Shown piece after piece: positions 1-9,426 of a stretch of 64,000 nucleotides of DNA (position 1 is its first letter; every line of letters starts with the position of its first letter). Below the pieces are notes generated by a model that ran no database searches, was not told the origin of the DNA, and saw nothing but the letters and a program-made list of their open reading frames with translations. Origin of the DNA: a virus (taxonomy: Duplodnaviria; Caudoviricetes); IMG/VR virus record IMGVR_UViG_3300042904_000368, positions 804 to 64,803 of that record; one strand, 5' to 3'. Position numbers and translations under genes: made by a program.

Positions 1-1
1 G

Positions 2-118
2 CCAAGCGGAAAGAACCCCCGACCCGTGAGCGACATCACCGGGTACGGCTATCTGGGGTTCGCGATGACCGGGGGCGATGCGGGCGGGTTCAACACCAAC
101 CCAGAGGGTGAAGTTTAA
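2..118 (+). CDS. 3' end of an upstream tail-region gene (partial)
   Basis: Open frame ...GYGYLGFAMTGGDAGGFNTNPEGEV* ending TAA, overlapping the next ATG (TAATG). Confidence 0.6.
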   Translation, partial: PSGKNPRPVSDITGYGYLGFAMTGGDAGGFNTNPEGEV

Positions 119-726
119 TGCCTGGAACACTCCCCACTCAGCACGCAAATTCGTTCTCGGCAGCGTGGTCGATTGCGGCTGACAACCAATTCCGATCCAC
201 CCTGGAAACGAGCTTCCACGCCCTGCATGGCGCAGGCGTAGTGGCAGGTGGTGGCGTTGTGAAGACTGCCGCCTTTGCGGTAGAGGTCGCGGCAGATACG
301 CAGGTTTTCACCGAGGGCGTATTAGTCACTCTTACTGCCGCCATCCCCCGCACCGGCATCGCTCCTTCGCAGACCAACTACCTGTGGGGCCTGGTGACGC
401 GAACGGCAAGGGATCGCGAGACTGCTACCGCTGTGGATACGTGGGCCTTGGCGTTGACCCACAACACGACCGGAACGGCTCCCACGGACCTCTCCGTGCC
501 TCTGGCGGTCATTGTGGCGGACGGCGCAGGGATCACGTCGATAGAGGAGTATCCTGCCGGGAAGTTCCTGCGGGCGACGAACCTGCTGGCAGGAACGAGA
601 GACACGGTGGCAGCGGGTGAAGCGGCAGTGGTGGAGGCCAGCCATCAGGCAAGCCTTCTGGAGTCGCTAACTGTTCGCGGGCTGCTAGTGGTCCGAGGCA
701 AAATCTTTGTGCGAGGAGTGTCTTAA
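118..726 (+). CDS. Putative virion tail/fibre-associated protein
   Basis: Thr/Ala/Val-rich beta-type sequence, translationally coupled, C-terminal LTVRGLLVVRG. Confidence 0.6.
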   Translation: MPGTLPTQHANSFSAAWSIAADNQFRSTLETSFHALHGAGVVAGGGVVKTAAFAVEVAADTQVFTEGVLVTLTAAIPRTGIAPSQTNYLWGLVTRTARDRETATAVDTWALALTHNTTGTAPTDLSVPLAVIVADGAGITSIEEYPAGKFLRATNLLAGTRDTVAAGEAAVVEASHQASLLESLTVRGLLVVRGKIFVRGVS

Positions 727-1038
727 ATGGCAGGCGGAGTGATTGACGTGGGGATCGTGAAGGGCGGCAAGCTCTCAAAATCTGTTGCTGGCTCCGCCGA
801 TGTAACTCTCGTGCAAGCGGAGTGGGAGAATCGGTATCAGGAGTATACCGGCATCCTTACCGGCAACATCGACGTGATCCTGCCCCTACAGGCGTGCCTG
901 GAATGGATCGTGAGTAACCAGACTACGGGCGCGTTCACGCTCACGGTAAAGGGCGCGACGGGGACGGGCTATGTTGTCCCACAGGGAGACCGGAAACTGG
1001 TAGTGTGTGATGGCACGGACTTCTTTACACTGGATTAG
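727..1038 (+). CDS. Putative tail-fibre module protein
   Basis: YTGILTGNIDVILP...WIVSNQTTGAFTLTVK...VCDGTD resembles a common phage fibre domain. Confidence 0.65.
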   Translation: MAGGVIDVGIVKGGKLSKSVAGSADVTLVQAEWENRYQEYTGILTGNIDVILPLQACLEWIVSNQTTGAFTLTVKGATGTGYVVPQGDRKLVVCDGTDFFTLD

Positions 1039-1049
1039 GTGGTGGGCGG

Positions 1050-1400
1050 CTATGCAGGCGTTAGGAGCGTTGGCGCAGCGACCACCTCCAACAGCGGGCA
1101 CCAGCTACGCTCCACCTTCCAGCGTTCGGCCCCTAACGCCCCGCATACTTCGCAGATGTGGTGCCCGATGAGAAAGTCTTCAGTAGCGACAACATCCGGG
1201 TAGCCTGCTTCGAACGACGCAATATCCCCTTTATCGCTTGGCGACAGTGACTCCCCTCGCCAGCAATGATCGCCCGTGGGCGTGGAGCATTCACCGATTT
1301 TCAGCCCGTAGGACTGGATGATGTCGCGCGAGTTGTCTTCTATTGGGGTGCTATATGCCCATCTATCCTCGCTCCCTCTCCGCCCACTGCACGCAGCCAA
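1050..1400 (-). CDS. Hypothetical protein (start uncertain)
   Basis: Last ORF of the leftward accessory operon, converging on the tail genes. Confidence 0.4.
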   Translation of the reverse strand: MAACSGRRGSEDRWAYSTPIEDNSRDIIQSYGLKIGECSTPTGDHCWRGESLSPSDKGDIASFEAGYPDVVATEDFLIGHHICEVCGALGAERWKVERSWCPLLEVVAAPTLLTPA

Positions 1401-1418
1401 AGGAAGCGGCCGTGACCA

Positions 1419-1598
1419 CTAGTTGCCCAGGCGGTGCAGCTTCTTCCGCAGTTCTGCCAGGACCGGGTTGTCTTCCTTGAGTCCCTGCGCTTCCGCTTTC
1501 CGCAGCACGTTTAGCAGAAACTCGCGCTGCCGCGTGCGGCCTTCGGCATCGGAAGCAATCCAGGTATCGGGCCTCTCCAGTGGTGTTTCAGCTTCCAT
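1419..1598 (-). CDS. Hypothetical protein
   Basis: ATG at 1598 with RBS, coupled to upstream ORF. Confidence 0.55.
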   Translation of the reverse strand: MEAETPLERPDTWIASDAEGRTRQREFLLNVLRKAEAQGLKEDNPVLAELRKKLHRLGN

Positions 1599-2460
1599 AC
1601 TCGCCCTCCGTGACCGGCTTATATCCCTCGCAGCCGCACCGCCACTCATCCCCATCCACACTACGCAGATAGGCTGTACAGGCTCCGGTATTATCTTCGT
1701 GGTCGCCGACACTGTGATCGCAGGCGCATCTGGGAACCACGTCCACCCAAGGCTCCTCGTTCGCTCGTAGTCGCTCCGCCGCGTAACGGAGAACGGAGAA
1801 AAAGTCGGTGGACACGTTTGGGATCGCCGTCTTGCAACGCACCGCCCACCGCTCCAAAAGTGCGGCGCACCGCTCCCTTTCCTCTGCCCGCACTTGCTCC
1901 AAGAGACCCGCCAAATGCCCCTCGACGGGCGCATTTGCGTGTGCGTCTATCGCGTCTTGCAGTTCGCTATCGGCCTTGCGGTCGCGTTCTGTCGGAATGG
2001 CTGTTGCCACTTTCCACGCTGCGTGTTGCTCGATGGCTGCTGCCTCTAGCCTTCTCAACGTCTCTTTCGTCATCGCTCCCCCGTTTCTCTCCACCCCCGC
2101 CTCACCCGCCGCGAGCAAAGAGCCACCTTCTTTACCATCCCCATCCCGCTCTTTCAGATACGCGAACAGTGCCCGCAGGAAGTCGCTGCCTAGCCCCGCT
2201 TCCTCACCGGGGTGAGCGTGGATTATGCCCCTGAAGGCGAAGTATAGATCGGCGCCTTCAGGCCGGATGACGCAAGCGGCGGCGGCATCTACCACAGCGG
2301 ACAAAACCCCCTCTGCCTGGCGGGCGCGACGGCTGGAGGTGATGAACGCCTTGGCCTCTTGATCGGAGAGCGCGTGCCTGAGTGCGCGTTCTGCCAGTGC
2401 CTCAAACTCGGCATCGGAGAGGCGTTCGGGTGGGGCGTCGATGGTGGTGGTCTGGGTCAT
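1588..2460 (-). CDS. Hypothetical protein, probably fused modules, C-terminal Cys/His cluster
   Basis: Internal RBS+ATG (MTKETL...), CACDH...CTA...CGC. Confidence 0.6.
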   Translation of the reverse strand: MTQTTTIDAPPERLSDAEFEALAERALRHALSDQEAKAFITSSRRARQAEGVLSAVVDAAAACVIRPEGADLYFAFRGIIHAHPGEEAGLGSDFLRALFAYLKERDGDGKEGGSLLAAGEAGVERNGGAMTKETLRRLEAAAIEQHAAWKVATAIPTERDRKADSELQDAIDAHANAPVEGHLAGLLEQVRAEERERCAALLERWAVRCKTAIPNVSTDFFSVLRYAAERLRANEEPWVDVVPRCACDHSVGDHEDNTGACTAYLRSVDGDEWRCGCEGYKPVTEGEYGS

Positions 2461-2732
2461 TCCGGTTCCTCTGGGCAATTCTCCCCATACAGATACCTTC
2501 CCGCGTGCGTCAGGGAATACCCCTCAACAGCGATTACCCCGAAGCGATCCTTTCCTAGCGTGAAGGTTTCCGCCTCGATCCACCCCTTGGCGACTAATCG
2601 CTCTGCCAGCCGCTTCGGTAGTTTGGCGACCTGCTGCTTGCCAGTGACCGCCGAGCTGACTTCCTGCACAAACAGCGCACTCAGGGCGGCAAGCTCCGCC
2701 TTCCCAACGCGCGGCGCTACTTCAGCTTCCAT
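2457..2732 (-). CDS. Small winged-helix-like protein
   Basis: RLVAKGWIE...YSLTHAGRYLY motif, AGGAG RBS. Confidence 0.55.
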   Translation of the reverse strand: MEAEVAPRVGKAELAALSALFVQEVSSAVTGKQQVAKLPKRLAERLVAKGWIEAETFTLGKDRFGVIAVEGYSLTHAGRYLYGENCPEEPE

Positions 2733-3102
2733 GCTCCTGCTCCTTTCTCTCGCCGCTCCCTGGCTGGGCGGGCGGGTCGCTGATGGTGGCTGGATACACG
2801 CCGCGAATGACGATCCTCTCCAGCATTTGCTGTGCGAAGACAGCCATTCTCTCGGCATCCAGTTCCTTCTGTTGGGGTGTGCGATGGTCGGGCGGAATCT
2901 GGATAGGCATTGCGTAACGTCGCAAGGTGTAGGCTGGAGCGCCCTCTTCACTTGGCCCTAGAAGCTCTGCGGGCAATCTCATTTCGTGGGTGAGCCGCTC
3001 CAGTTCCGCCTCTCTTTCACGCATCATCCGCAAGAAGGGCAACTCCCTGGCAGACGGCGTGATTGCCCTGTAGATGAAATCCCTGATCTGATCCTCATTC
3101 AT
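2722..3102 (-). CDS. Hypothetical protein
   Basis: Coupled ORF in the operon. Confidence 0.55.
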   Translation of the reverse strand: MNEDQIRDFIYRAITPSARELPFLRMMREREAELERLTHEMRLPAELLGPSEEGAPAYTLRRYAMPIQIPPDHRTPQQKELDAERMAVFAQQMLERIVIRGVYPATISDPPAQPGSGERKEQEHGS

Positions 3103-3175
3103 GGCATAACCCCCACGGGGAATATCTCCCGCTCCGAGCAAACTGGCGTGCGTTCCTTGCCGTCCACGGTGAACC

Positions 3176-3463
3176 TCACGACCCCGGATTTTCCAACTCC
3201 GCCGTGCTGCCAGCCGAGGAGTTCGGCGGGTCCGTCGTAATCCCCGAACGCGAACTGTGCCACAAGGCGGATCGGGATCGGTCGCTCTTTGCTAGTTCCT
3301 CTCCCCGCTTGATTGCGTTCTGAAGCATCCCCCGCAGGCTCGTGCGATCCAGGCCGGTTAACTCTGCCAGCCGCCCCTCGCTGACTTCCCCTGCGGCCCA
3401 CGCGATCAGCAGGTCCGTCAACTCCCCCGGCGATAGTTCGGCTGGGATCATCGGTGGCAACAT
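3176..3463 (-). CDS. Small HTH protein (UPF0175-like)
   Basis: WAAGEVSEGRLAELTGLDRTSLR pattern. Confidence 0.55.
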   Translation of the reverse strand: MLPPMIPAELSPGELTDLLIAWAAGEVSEGRLAELTGLDRTSLRGMLQNAIKRGEELAKSDRSRSALWHSSRSGITTDPPNSSAGSTAELENPGS

Positions 3464-3527
3464 CGCTAACTTCCTTTCCACAGTGCGGACAGACCATTTC
3501 TCGCTCCACTCTCTCGCTCCTGGCGCA

Positions 3528-3815
3528 CTAGGCCGCGTTGGTGGTGGCGGCGTCAACAGGTGCGAATACCGCTCGATACCAGGCGTTCGGATGGTTGGCG
3601 CCGATCCATTCGTACGCGACCCGGCCCAAACACATCGCCAGCGCCACCTCTATCTGTGGTGGGTAGCCGCTCATCGGATCGTTCCAGCGTTTGGTCCACG
3701 GCTCGAACGCTGGGTGCGCCTTGGCTGCTTGCACGATGGATTTCGCATCCTCTTCCCAGACGCCCTGGCTGTAAATCCACTCCACAGCCCATTCCTCCAC
3801 GGTTTGCTCTCTCAC
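3528..3815 (-). CDS. Hypothetical phage protein
   Basis: Aromatic-rich globular ORF with RBS. Confidence 0.6.
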   Translation of the reverse strand: MREQTVEEWAVEWIYSQGVWEEDAKSIVQAAKAHPAFEPWTKRWNDPMSGYPPQIEVALAMCLGRVAYEWIGANHPNAWYRAVFAPVDAATTNAA

Positions 3816-3857
3816 GATTTCCTCCCCCTCGCAGCGGTCCCGGCCCCCGCAGGCTGG

Positions 3858-3998
3858 TTACTTCGGCGTTGCGATCTTGGGCCAAATGCTCGGAATAGAC
3901 TTCCGTGCCCCACAGCCGGGAGTCGTACATCTCCACACGCATTCCTTCCCGCCCTGCGAAACCATCTCCATTGAAGGATGAGTGCATCCGCCTGCCAT
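3858..3998 (-). CDS. Small zinc-ribbon protein
   Basis: GGAGG RBS, CTH...WRCTTPGC. Confidence 0.45.
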   Translation of the reverse strand: MAGGCTHPSMEMVSQGGKECVWRCTTPGCGARKSIPSIWPKIATPK

Positions 3999-4299
3999 AA
4001 TCCCTCCCTCTCCCCTTTCTCCAGCGGCCCGGACTCGGCGGCGGCTAGGGCGTGGTGGCTGCGGCGTGTGGCTCAATCCAAAAGAATTCGAACACGCCCG
4101 CCGCCGCTTCCATGCGACCATGCTCCATATCTCGATCTACCGGACAGTCTTCTCTAGACGCACACTGCGTCATCGCTTCGTAAGTTCACGTCGCCAAGCA
4201 CAGATCGCAAATGTACGGCCTGCGGTTGGCGTATTCGTCAGGATTTCGCGCTTCTACACTCACAACCCGCCCCTTTCTCCCCACGCGCTCCGAAGACGG

Positions 4300-4512
4300 T
4301 TAATCGATTGGCAGCAGGCCGCGCTCCTCAAGTTCCTGGTTCGCTAAAATTTGCAGGTAGCGAAGATCGGATTCGGCTTGCTGTAAAGCCTCCGTATCCA
4401 GGTCTTGCAGCCAGGATCGCAACCCGGTTTCTAGATCATCGCCGCCTGGCTCTAACACCACCGTGAGAACCGCTCCAACTAACTCCCGTGCCCGACTTGT
4501 CTCTTTAGTCAT
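4300..4512 (-). CDS. Hypothetical protein
   Basis: ORF with RBS. Confidence 0.55.
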   Translation of the reverse strand: MTKETSRARELVGAVLTVVLEPGGDDLETGLRSWLQDLDTEALQQAESDLRYLQILANQELEERGLLPID

Positions 4513-4573
4513 TCCAATTTCCTTTCCAAAAACCCAATTCTCGCCGGTCCCCGGTGGGCGCGGGTCGGGTCGG

Positions 4574-5227
4574 TTAGGAAAGCCCTTGTGCTACAGCGTA
4601 CTCTGAACCGTGACTTTGAGAGCAGAACGCAAAGCCTAAGCTCACTCGTTCTCGCTTCACGTACCGCCCGCACCTAAGGCAACGACCGGACCACTTCAGC
4701 GGCTTCGTGGACGCAACCAGGGCCTTGTCCGCTCGTAGGCTTTCCGGCGATACCCCCAACTCTTCCAGATCGTCTCCGTCCTTTTCCGCTGAACGCAGGA
4801 TGAGGTACTTCACGAACAGCCCCAAGGGTAGCTCCAAGAATGCCTGTCGCCGCACGCCCAAGGCAGCTACGAACTCCACGAACTCTTCCATGATGTCGCT
4901 GGCGTTCACGAACGGATTGAACTCGTAGCGGCGGCATGGCTCGTAGATGCGGGTAGACTGAGCGTGGTGGGTAACTTTCCCGTCAGCATCAACTTCCAGG
5001 TATTCTCCGTTCCCCAGGTCGATCCGATATTCGCTGCCCCGCTTTGCCTCGAAACGACGCGGAAGCAGAGAATGGGAGCTACCGTCCGTATAATCCCAGG
5101 ATGAAATCGACGTGGCGGCAGAGGAATTCAGCACCCAACTGCAAGTAGTAGCCGTGCCAGAAGTGCTCCAAGCGCTCAACCTGTATTGATAGCCCGTCAC
5201 GCTGTTTCTCCCGTTGGGTTTAGCCAC
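4574..5227 (-). CDS. Hypothetical protein with C-terminal Zn finger
   Basis: CLRCG...FCSQSH; true start may be GTG near 5200. Confidence 0.6.
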   Translation of the reverse strand: MAKPNGRNSVTGYQYRLSAWSTSGTATTCSWVLNSSAATSISSWDYTDGSSHSLLPRRFEAKRGSEYRIDLGNGEYLEVDADGKVTHHAQSTRIYEPCRRYEFNPFVNASDIMEEFVEFVAALGVRRQAFLELPLGLFVKYLILRSAEKDGDDLEELGVSPESLRADKALVASTKPLKWSGRCLRCGRYVKRERVSLGFAFCSQSHGSEYAVAQGLS

Positions 5228-5520
5228 AGGTCGCGCAGGAACTCGGCGGCAGAACTGGTCTTCATTGCCAGGTCGTTGTGCTTCCAGACGTTGCGCTTAT
5301 TCACCCGCACGGTGGAGTAAGAACTGTTCCAGCGCTCCTCAGTGATTACTCCCGCCACGATTACCCGGAAATGGATATGCCCACAGATCGGACACTCTAC
5401 CTCGTGGTTGCCCTCGATATCGAAATCAATCCGAGCAAGGAAGTTCTTGCCGCAGTTGTGGCAGTGCATGTCCGTGCGGCACAGGCCCTTCCCGCTGTTC
5501 AGGTCCAAACTTTCACCCAT
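5197..5520 (-). CDS. Zinc-ribbon protein
   Basis: CHNC...CPICGHIH. Confidence 0.65.
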   Translation of the reverse strand: MGESLDLNSGKGLCRTDMHCHNCGKNFLARIDFDIEGNHEVECPICGHIHFRVIVAGVITEERWNSSYSTVRVNKRNVWKHNDLAMKTSSAAEFLRDLWLNPTGETA

Positions 5521-5567
5521 TGAAGACTCCAGGGAAGACAGGGGCGGTTCTCCCGCCCCTGTGCGAA

Positions 5568-6047
5568 CTAAGCTCCCAACTTGGCGAGCATCCCTTCGAA
5601 CCGATCTTTGGTCTTCATCAACTTGCGGAACTGGCGCGGCTTCAGCTTGGAGATATCCACAGCGGACGCCCGCAGATTCAGGGACTCTGCAACCTTCTGC
5701 GCGGCACTGATCTGTTGAAGCGCAGAGACGAACTTCGCGCCCGGTTTCGCCCCTTCTTTGATGACCCGATCCCAATCGAACGGGGTCTTGTCGTGCCAGG
5801 TCCACTTCTCGCCCGCTACTGCTTCGCCGGACGTCCAAGAAAAAGACTTCTTGAAATCGGCCTCTGGCATCGCGTGGCGGTATTCGGTTGGCTCTGCGCC
5901 GGTCGTCTCGAACATCGAGAACACGACCCGTTCGCCTTCCGTGCTTTCCACGAAGATCAAGCTGCCGTCTTCGTGTTCAGCCCAACACCCTGCCGCTAGC
6001 CGGTCGCGGTTGACGGGGTTAAACCCTGGAACATCCTCAGTCGCCAT
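5568..6047 (-). CDS. Hypothetical phage protein
   Basis: Trp-rich globular ORF with AAGGA RBS. Confidence 0.7.
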   Translation of the reverse strand: MATEDVPGFNPVNRDRLAAGCWAEHEDGSLIFVESTEGERVVFSMFETTGAEPTEYRHAMPEADFKKSFSWTSGEAVAGEKWTWHDKTPFDWDRVIKEGAKPGAKFVSALQQISAAQKVAESLNLRASAVDISKLKPRQFRKLMKTKDRFEGMLAKLGA

Positions 6048-6132
6048 TGTCTCGGTCCTTTCTGGGCTAATGCCCGTTTACAAAAAGCACACCCTCTCCC
6101 GGTTGGCCGCGCCTGGGCGCAGTGGTTGGTTG

Positions 6133-6594
6133 CTAGTCAGCGCGGTCTTCAACGTCCTGAAGTGCGGCTAGAGCGTCGGCCCAGAGGCCCGCGTGTTCAA
6201 CTGGCCGCGTGGACGGCTGATACGCCTCACAGAGAGCCAGCAGAGCATCGCGTGGCGCAGACTCCACAGTGGGCTCCTCCGCTGCTAGGCCCATCGACTG
6301 TGCTAGGACGCGGGCCTTTTCCAGCAATCTCTCTGCCCTCGCCAACTCCTCGGCTCTTTTGTCGCGAAGCTTCTTTTTCTGCTCTAGCCAATCGGAAACC
6401 GCAGCATTCGGCGTGGTAAAGAACCCGTCGAAATGGGCCTCGTGCTTGTTAACCTGTGCCGCGCCTGCCGTTGCCCGACAGGCCTTGAAACGGTATTGCT
6501 TCGCGGTTTCCGTGGCCTGGATTTCGAGCAGGCGCGGCTCGTCGCTGCTGTAATCTGGACATCCAACTCGGTAAAGCGTCACTGTCTCTGCCAT
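6133..6594 (-). CDS. Hypothetical protein
   Basis: Beta N-domain plus coiled coil. Confidence 0.6.
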   Translation of the reverse strand: MAETVTLYRVGCPDYSSDEPRLLEIQATETAKQYRFKACRATAGAAQVNKHEAHFDGFFTTPNAAVSDWLEQKKKLRDKRAEELARAERLLEKARVLAQSMGLAAEEPTVESAPRDALLALCEAYQPSTRPVEHAGLWADALAALQDVEDRAD

Positions 6595-6664
6595 AAAACT
6601 AATCCTCACTCTTCACCCCGCGCCGTGCGGGTGGTCGGGCCTAGAAAATCTTGCAAACGCAGGC

Positions 6665-7231
6665 TCATAGCGGCGGAGCCTCCCCGTTCGCCCTGTGCCT
6701 TCCACACCGCCACTCACCCGGCGCAATCTCCTCCGCCCCTTCGCTTCCGCACCACTGCCACACCGGACGGCCCGCTTCCCGAACCTGCTCCTGACACCAA
6801 CCCTTCCAGGCCAGCCAACGGCGCATATAGGTGTCGTGGTCTTCACCGGGTATCGATTGAAAGCGCGGTGGTAAGGGTGCTGCGGGTTCAGTGCTAACCA
6901 CCTGCGTCTTCGCTGCTTCCGCTACCCGGCACTCCTCTTCGAACCCTCGCAGGATCCGCTCGTTCTCCGCGATCTCCGCCTCTGTGAGGGGCACCAACTC
7001 CCAGCCCAAGGGGCGCACGTGGTCTTCCGGGCCTAGCCAGCGCGAGGCCGGGTTCCACGGAAAAGCCGCCTTCTTAATCAGCACGCCATGCGAAACGGCT
7101 GCCGCATCGAACTCCACATAGACCATCCGGCGGGTATCAAAGTCTCGCGTATGGTAGACGGTGCCGGTGTAGGCTTGCCCCTCATAGCAGCCTTCCACGC
7201 GGTCTCCGATTTGGATGGTCGTTTCGCGCAT
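6665..7231 (-). CDS. Hypothetical protein, SH3/KOW-like N-terminus
   Basis: IQIGDRVE...YTGTV...VYVEFD. Confidence 0.6.
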   Translation of the reverse strand: MRETTIQIGDRVEGCYEGQAYTGTVYHTRDFDTRRMVYVEFDAAAVSHGVLIKKAAFPWNPASRWLGPEDHVRPLGWELVPLTEAEIAENERILRGFEEECRVAEAAKTQVVSTEPAAPLPPRFQSIPGEDHDTYMRRWLAWKGWCQEQVREAGRPVWQWCGSEGAEEIAPGEWRCGRHRANGEAPPL

Positions 7232-7273
7232 CTACTTCTCCCTCACCACGGTTCAGGCTGCCCCTGGGTGGGG

Positions 7274-7537
7274 TCAAAACTCTTCCCTTACTCCGCATTT
7301 CGAGCAAATACCAAGGACACGGTATGCCCAGCGTTTCCTGCTCCCGTCCCACACGTCCTCATTGGTGCGCCTGGTTAAAGGGCGATACTCCAGCCCCCGG
7401 CTTCCGCATTCGGAACAAGTGGCGTTTTTGCAGATCGCGCGATCATCCGCGATTTCAGCCTCGGTCATACCTGGCGGAGTAGAGGGGTGCCACCCCTCCG
7501 AATCGCCGAGAACTTCCGCGCAGGGATGATGGGTCAT
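7274..7537 (-). CDS. Zinc-ribbon protein
   Basis: CSEC...CSKC. Confidence 0.6.
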   Translation of the reverse strand: MTHHPCAEVLGDSEGWHPSTPPGMTEAEIADDRAICKNATCSECGSRGLEYRPLTRRTNEDVWDGSRKRWAYRVLGICSKCGVREEF

Positions 7538-7818
7538 GCCGTTGCTCCGCCGTCAATAATCTGCTTCAGCAACCCCGCCCCGCCCCAGTGGCACTCGACA
7601 GCGCATTCGATGGTGCGGATATGCTCGCAGATGTTGTCCATTCCCCCGGCTTTCCTGTCGCGCTCATCCGAGCAACCGCCACATTCGCAAGCGCGGCAGT
7701 TCTCTTCAGCGGAGATAATGCGGGTCACACCAAACACGCGCCCCTCACTATCGACCACTTCCCAGAAGGTGGGGGATAGCGGCCTGGCAGTCATTTCCTT
7801 GGGGGTAATCATCTCCAT
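7534..7818 (-). CDS. SWIM-type zinc finger protein
   Basis: CEC...CEHI (CxC-xn-CxH). Confidence 0.55.
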   Translation of the reverse strand: MEMITPKEMTARPLSPTFWEVVDSEGRVFGVTRIISAEENCRACECGGCSDERDRKAGGMDNICEHIRTIECAVECHWGGAGLLKQIIDGGATA

Positions 7819-7894
7819 CTCTTCCGGCTCCTCGTCGCTCTCTCGGCGGTGGGTCTGGTGGGGCAGTGGTGGTGGTTAACTGCCCCACCCGCGG

Positions 7895-8287
7895 CTATTC
7901 GCGGCCTTCAAGCTTGCGAATATGCGCTCGTAGTCGCTCAACCTCGATCTCCCAGTTCTTGCGCTCGTGGAGAAACGTCTCCGCGCGAGGCTTCGCTTCG
8001 TCGGGGTGGAGCCCCCATTCTGCTGCTACGGCTCCCTCGGCGGGGTAGCTAACCGCGCCTTTGCGTTCACCGCCCGCCGCAGAGAGAACATCCCAAACTT
8101 CGCCTTCAATGGTCCGCATCCGATGTCCCAGACACGCGTCTTGCGCCAGCGGCAGGTTCTCAGACGAACTGGCCCAGTACTCAGCGATGCGGTTGAGAAC
8201 GTCGAACAGCCTAGGGGCGGTCTCTTCCAGGGCCGCGCCGGGAGTGAACAGGGGTTGTGTGGTCTTCTCGGTGGTGGTCGCTTGCAT
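7895..8287 (-). CDS. Hypothetical protein, first gene of the leftward early operon
   Basis: AGGAG RBS, downstream of a near-consensus promoter. Confidence 0.6.
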   Translation of the reverse strand: MQATTTEKTTQPLFTPGAALEETAPRLFDVLNRIAEYWASSSENLPLAQDACLGHRMRTIEGEVWDVLSAAGGERKGAVSYPAEGAVAAEWGLHPDEAKPRAETFLHERKNWEIEVERLRAHIRKLEGRE

Positions 8288-8364
8288 CGCTCTCTCCTCG
8301 GCGGTAGGGGTTGCCGCCCGTTGCGGTAAACTCTCGGCGGGGGTTCTCCCCAACTGACACCTTT

Positions 8365-8393
8365 ATTATGGCGAATCGCTGTATGCCTGTCAA
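8365..8393 (-). promoter_or_regulatory. Sigma70-type promoter, leftward
   Basis: TTGACA-17nt-CATAAT on the minus strand. Confidence 0.85.
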
Positions 8394-8430
8394 GTATTCA
8401 GGCTAATATTTCTTCGGATTATACAGCGAG

Positions 8431-8459
8431 TTGCCATACGTGGAATACCGTGCTACAGT
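8431..8459 (+). promoter_or_regulatory. Sigma70-type promoter, rightward
   Basis: TTGCCA-17nt-TACAGT. Confidence 0.6.
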
Positions 8460-8475
8460 AGGAACAGGGGCATAG

Positions 8476-8733
8476 ATGACGGAGAAACGACCAGCAGGCG
8501 GCAAGGGAAAGACCCGCGTAACGTTATGGCTAACTGACGCTACAGCGGCGAAGCTGAGACAGCGATCTGCCATAACGAACAAGACGCAGGTGCAGATCGT
8601 GGAAGACGCGCTAGACGCTGCTTTCGCTGCCAGCAGGCTTGATGATTTGGAAACACGGCTGGCTCGACTGGAAGCCGAACGGCAACCGCCCCTAGAAGAG
8701 AGTGAGGATGAGCGAGACGACCTACACCCCTGA
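8476..8733 (+). CDS. Ribbon-helix-helix (CopG/Arc-like) regulator
   Basis: KTRVTLWLT beta-ribbon followed by two helices (QIVEDALD). Confidence 0.7.
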   Translation: MTEKRPAGGKGKTRVTLWLTDATAAKLRQRSAITNKTQVQIVEDALDAAFAASRLDDLETRLARLEAERQPPLEESEDERDDLHP

Positions 8734-9379
8734 AGAAACCCAAGCGATGGGCTTCAGCGAAGCGGATTTGGAAACGTTGCGGGACGCTGGACTGATCGAA
8801 GACCGGCTGGCGCAACCGTGGGAGCCGAAATCTCTGGATGATGTCGGCTGGCTGTTGGGGAGAATGCGGGCCTTGAAGCTGGAGCGGGAAACCGTGCTGG
8901 CGCAGGCGCAGAAGCGCGTAGAGCGTTCCGAGGCAGCAGAAGCCGCCCTCCTGGCCCGCTACGGCGAAACGGTGCGCTCTCTCGTGACTGAGAACCTGCC
9001 GCGCAAGAAGGACGGCTCTTACGCGAAGAAATCCCTGGACCTGCTAGACGGACGGATTGGGCTACGGGCAACCAGGGGCGCGACGGTGGTGAGGGACGAA
9101 GGAGCGTTGTTGGAGTGGATAGGCGATACCTGGGGTACTGCCGATGAAGGCCCGGTCATTGACGCCCTCCGCGAGGCGATTTCAACGACCGTGCGACTAA
9201 CCGGGGACGCTGCGCTGAACCAGGTCTTTACCCACGGTGCAGAAGCCAAGATCGCCCTCACGCCTCTCCGAAAGCTCATGGAGTCGGGCGCACCTGACCC
9301 GGAAACCGGAGAGGTGAAGCCGGTCGAACTCCCTGGCGTGGAAGTGCTGCCTGCTGAAGAGAAACTGTACTGGGAATGA
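8708..9379 (+). CDS. Mu Gam-like host-nuclease inhibitor / DNA end-binding protein
   Basis: DDVGWLLGRM, coiled coil, KKSLDLLDGRIGLR, LPGVEV C-terminus. Confidence 0.7.
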   Translation: MSETTYTPEETQAMGFSEADLETLRDAGLIEDRLAQPWEPKSLDDVGWLLGRMRALKLERETVLAQAQKRVERSEAAEAALLARYGETVRSLVTENLPRKKDGSYAKKSLDLLDGRIGLRATRGATVVRDEGALLEWIGDTWGTADEGPVIDALREAISTTVRLTGDAALNQVFTHGAEAKIALTPLRKLMESGAPDPETGEVKPVELPGVEVLPAEEKLYWE

Positions 9380-9426
9380 CCCCGCCCCCGCTCCCCCAAC
9401 CACCCGCTAGGAGAAAGTGAAGACTA

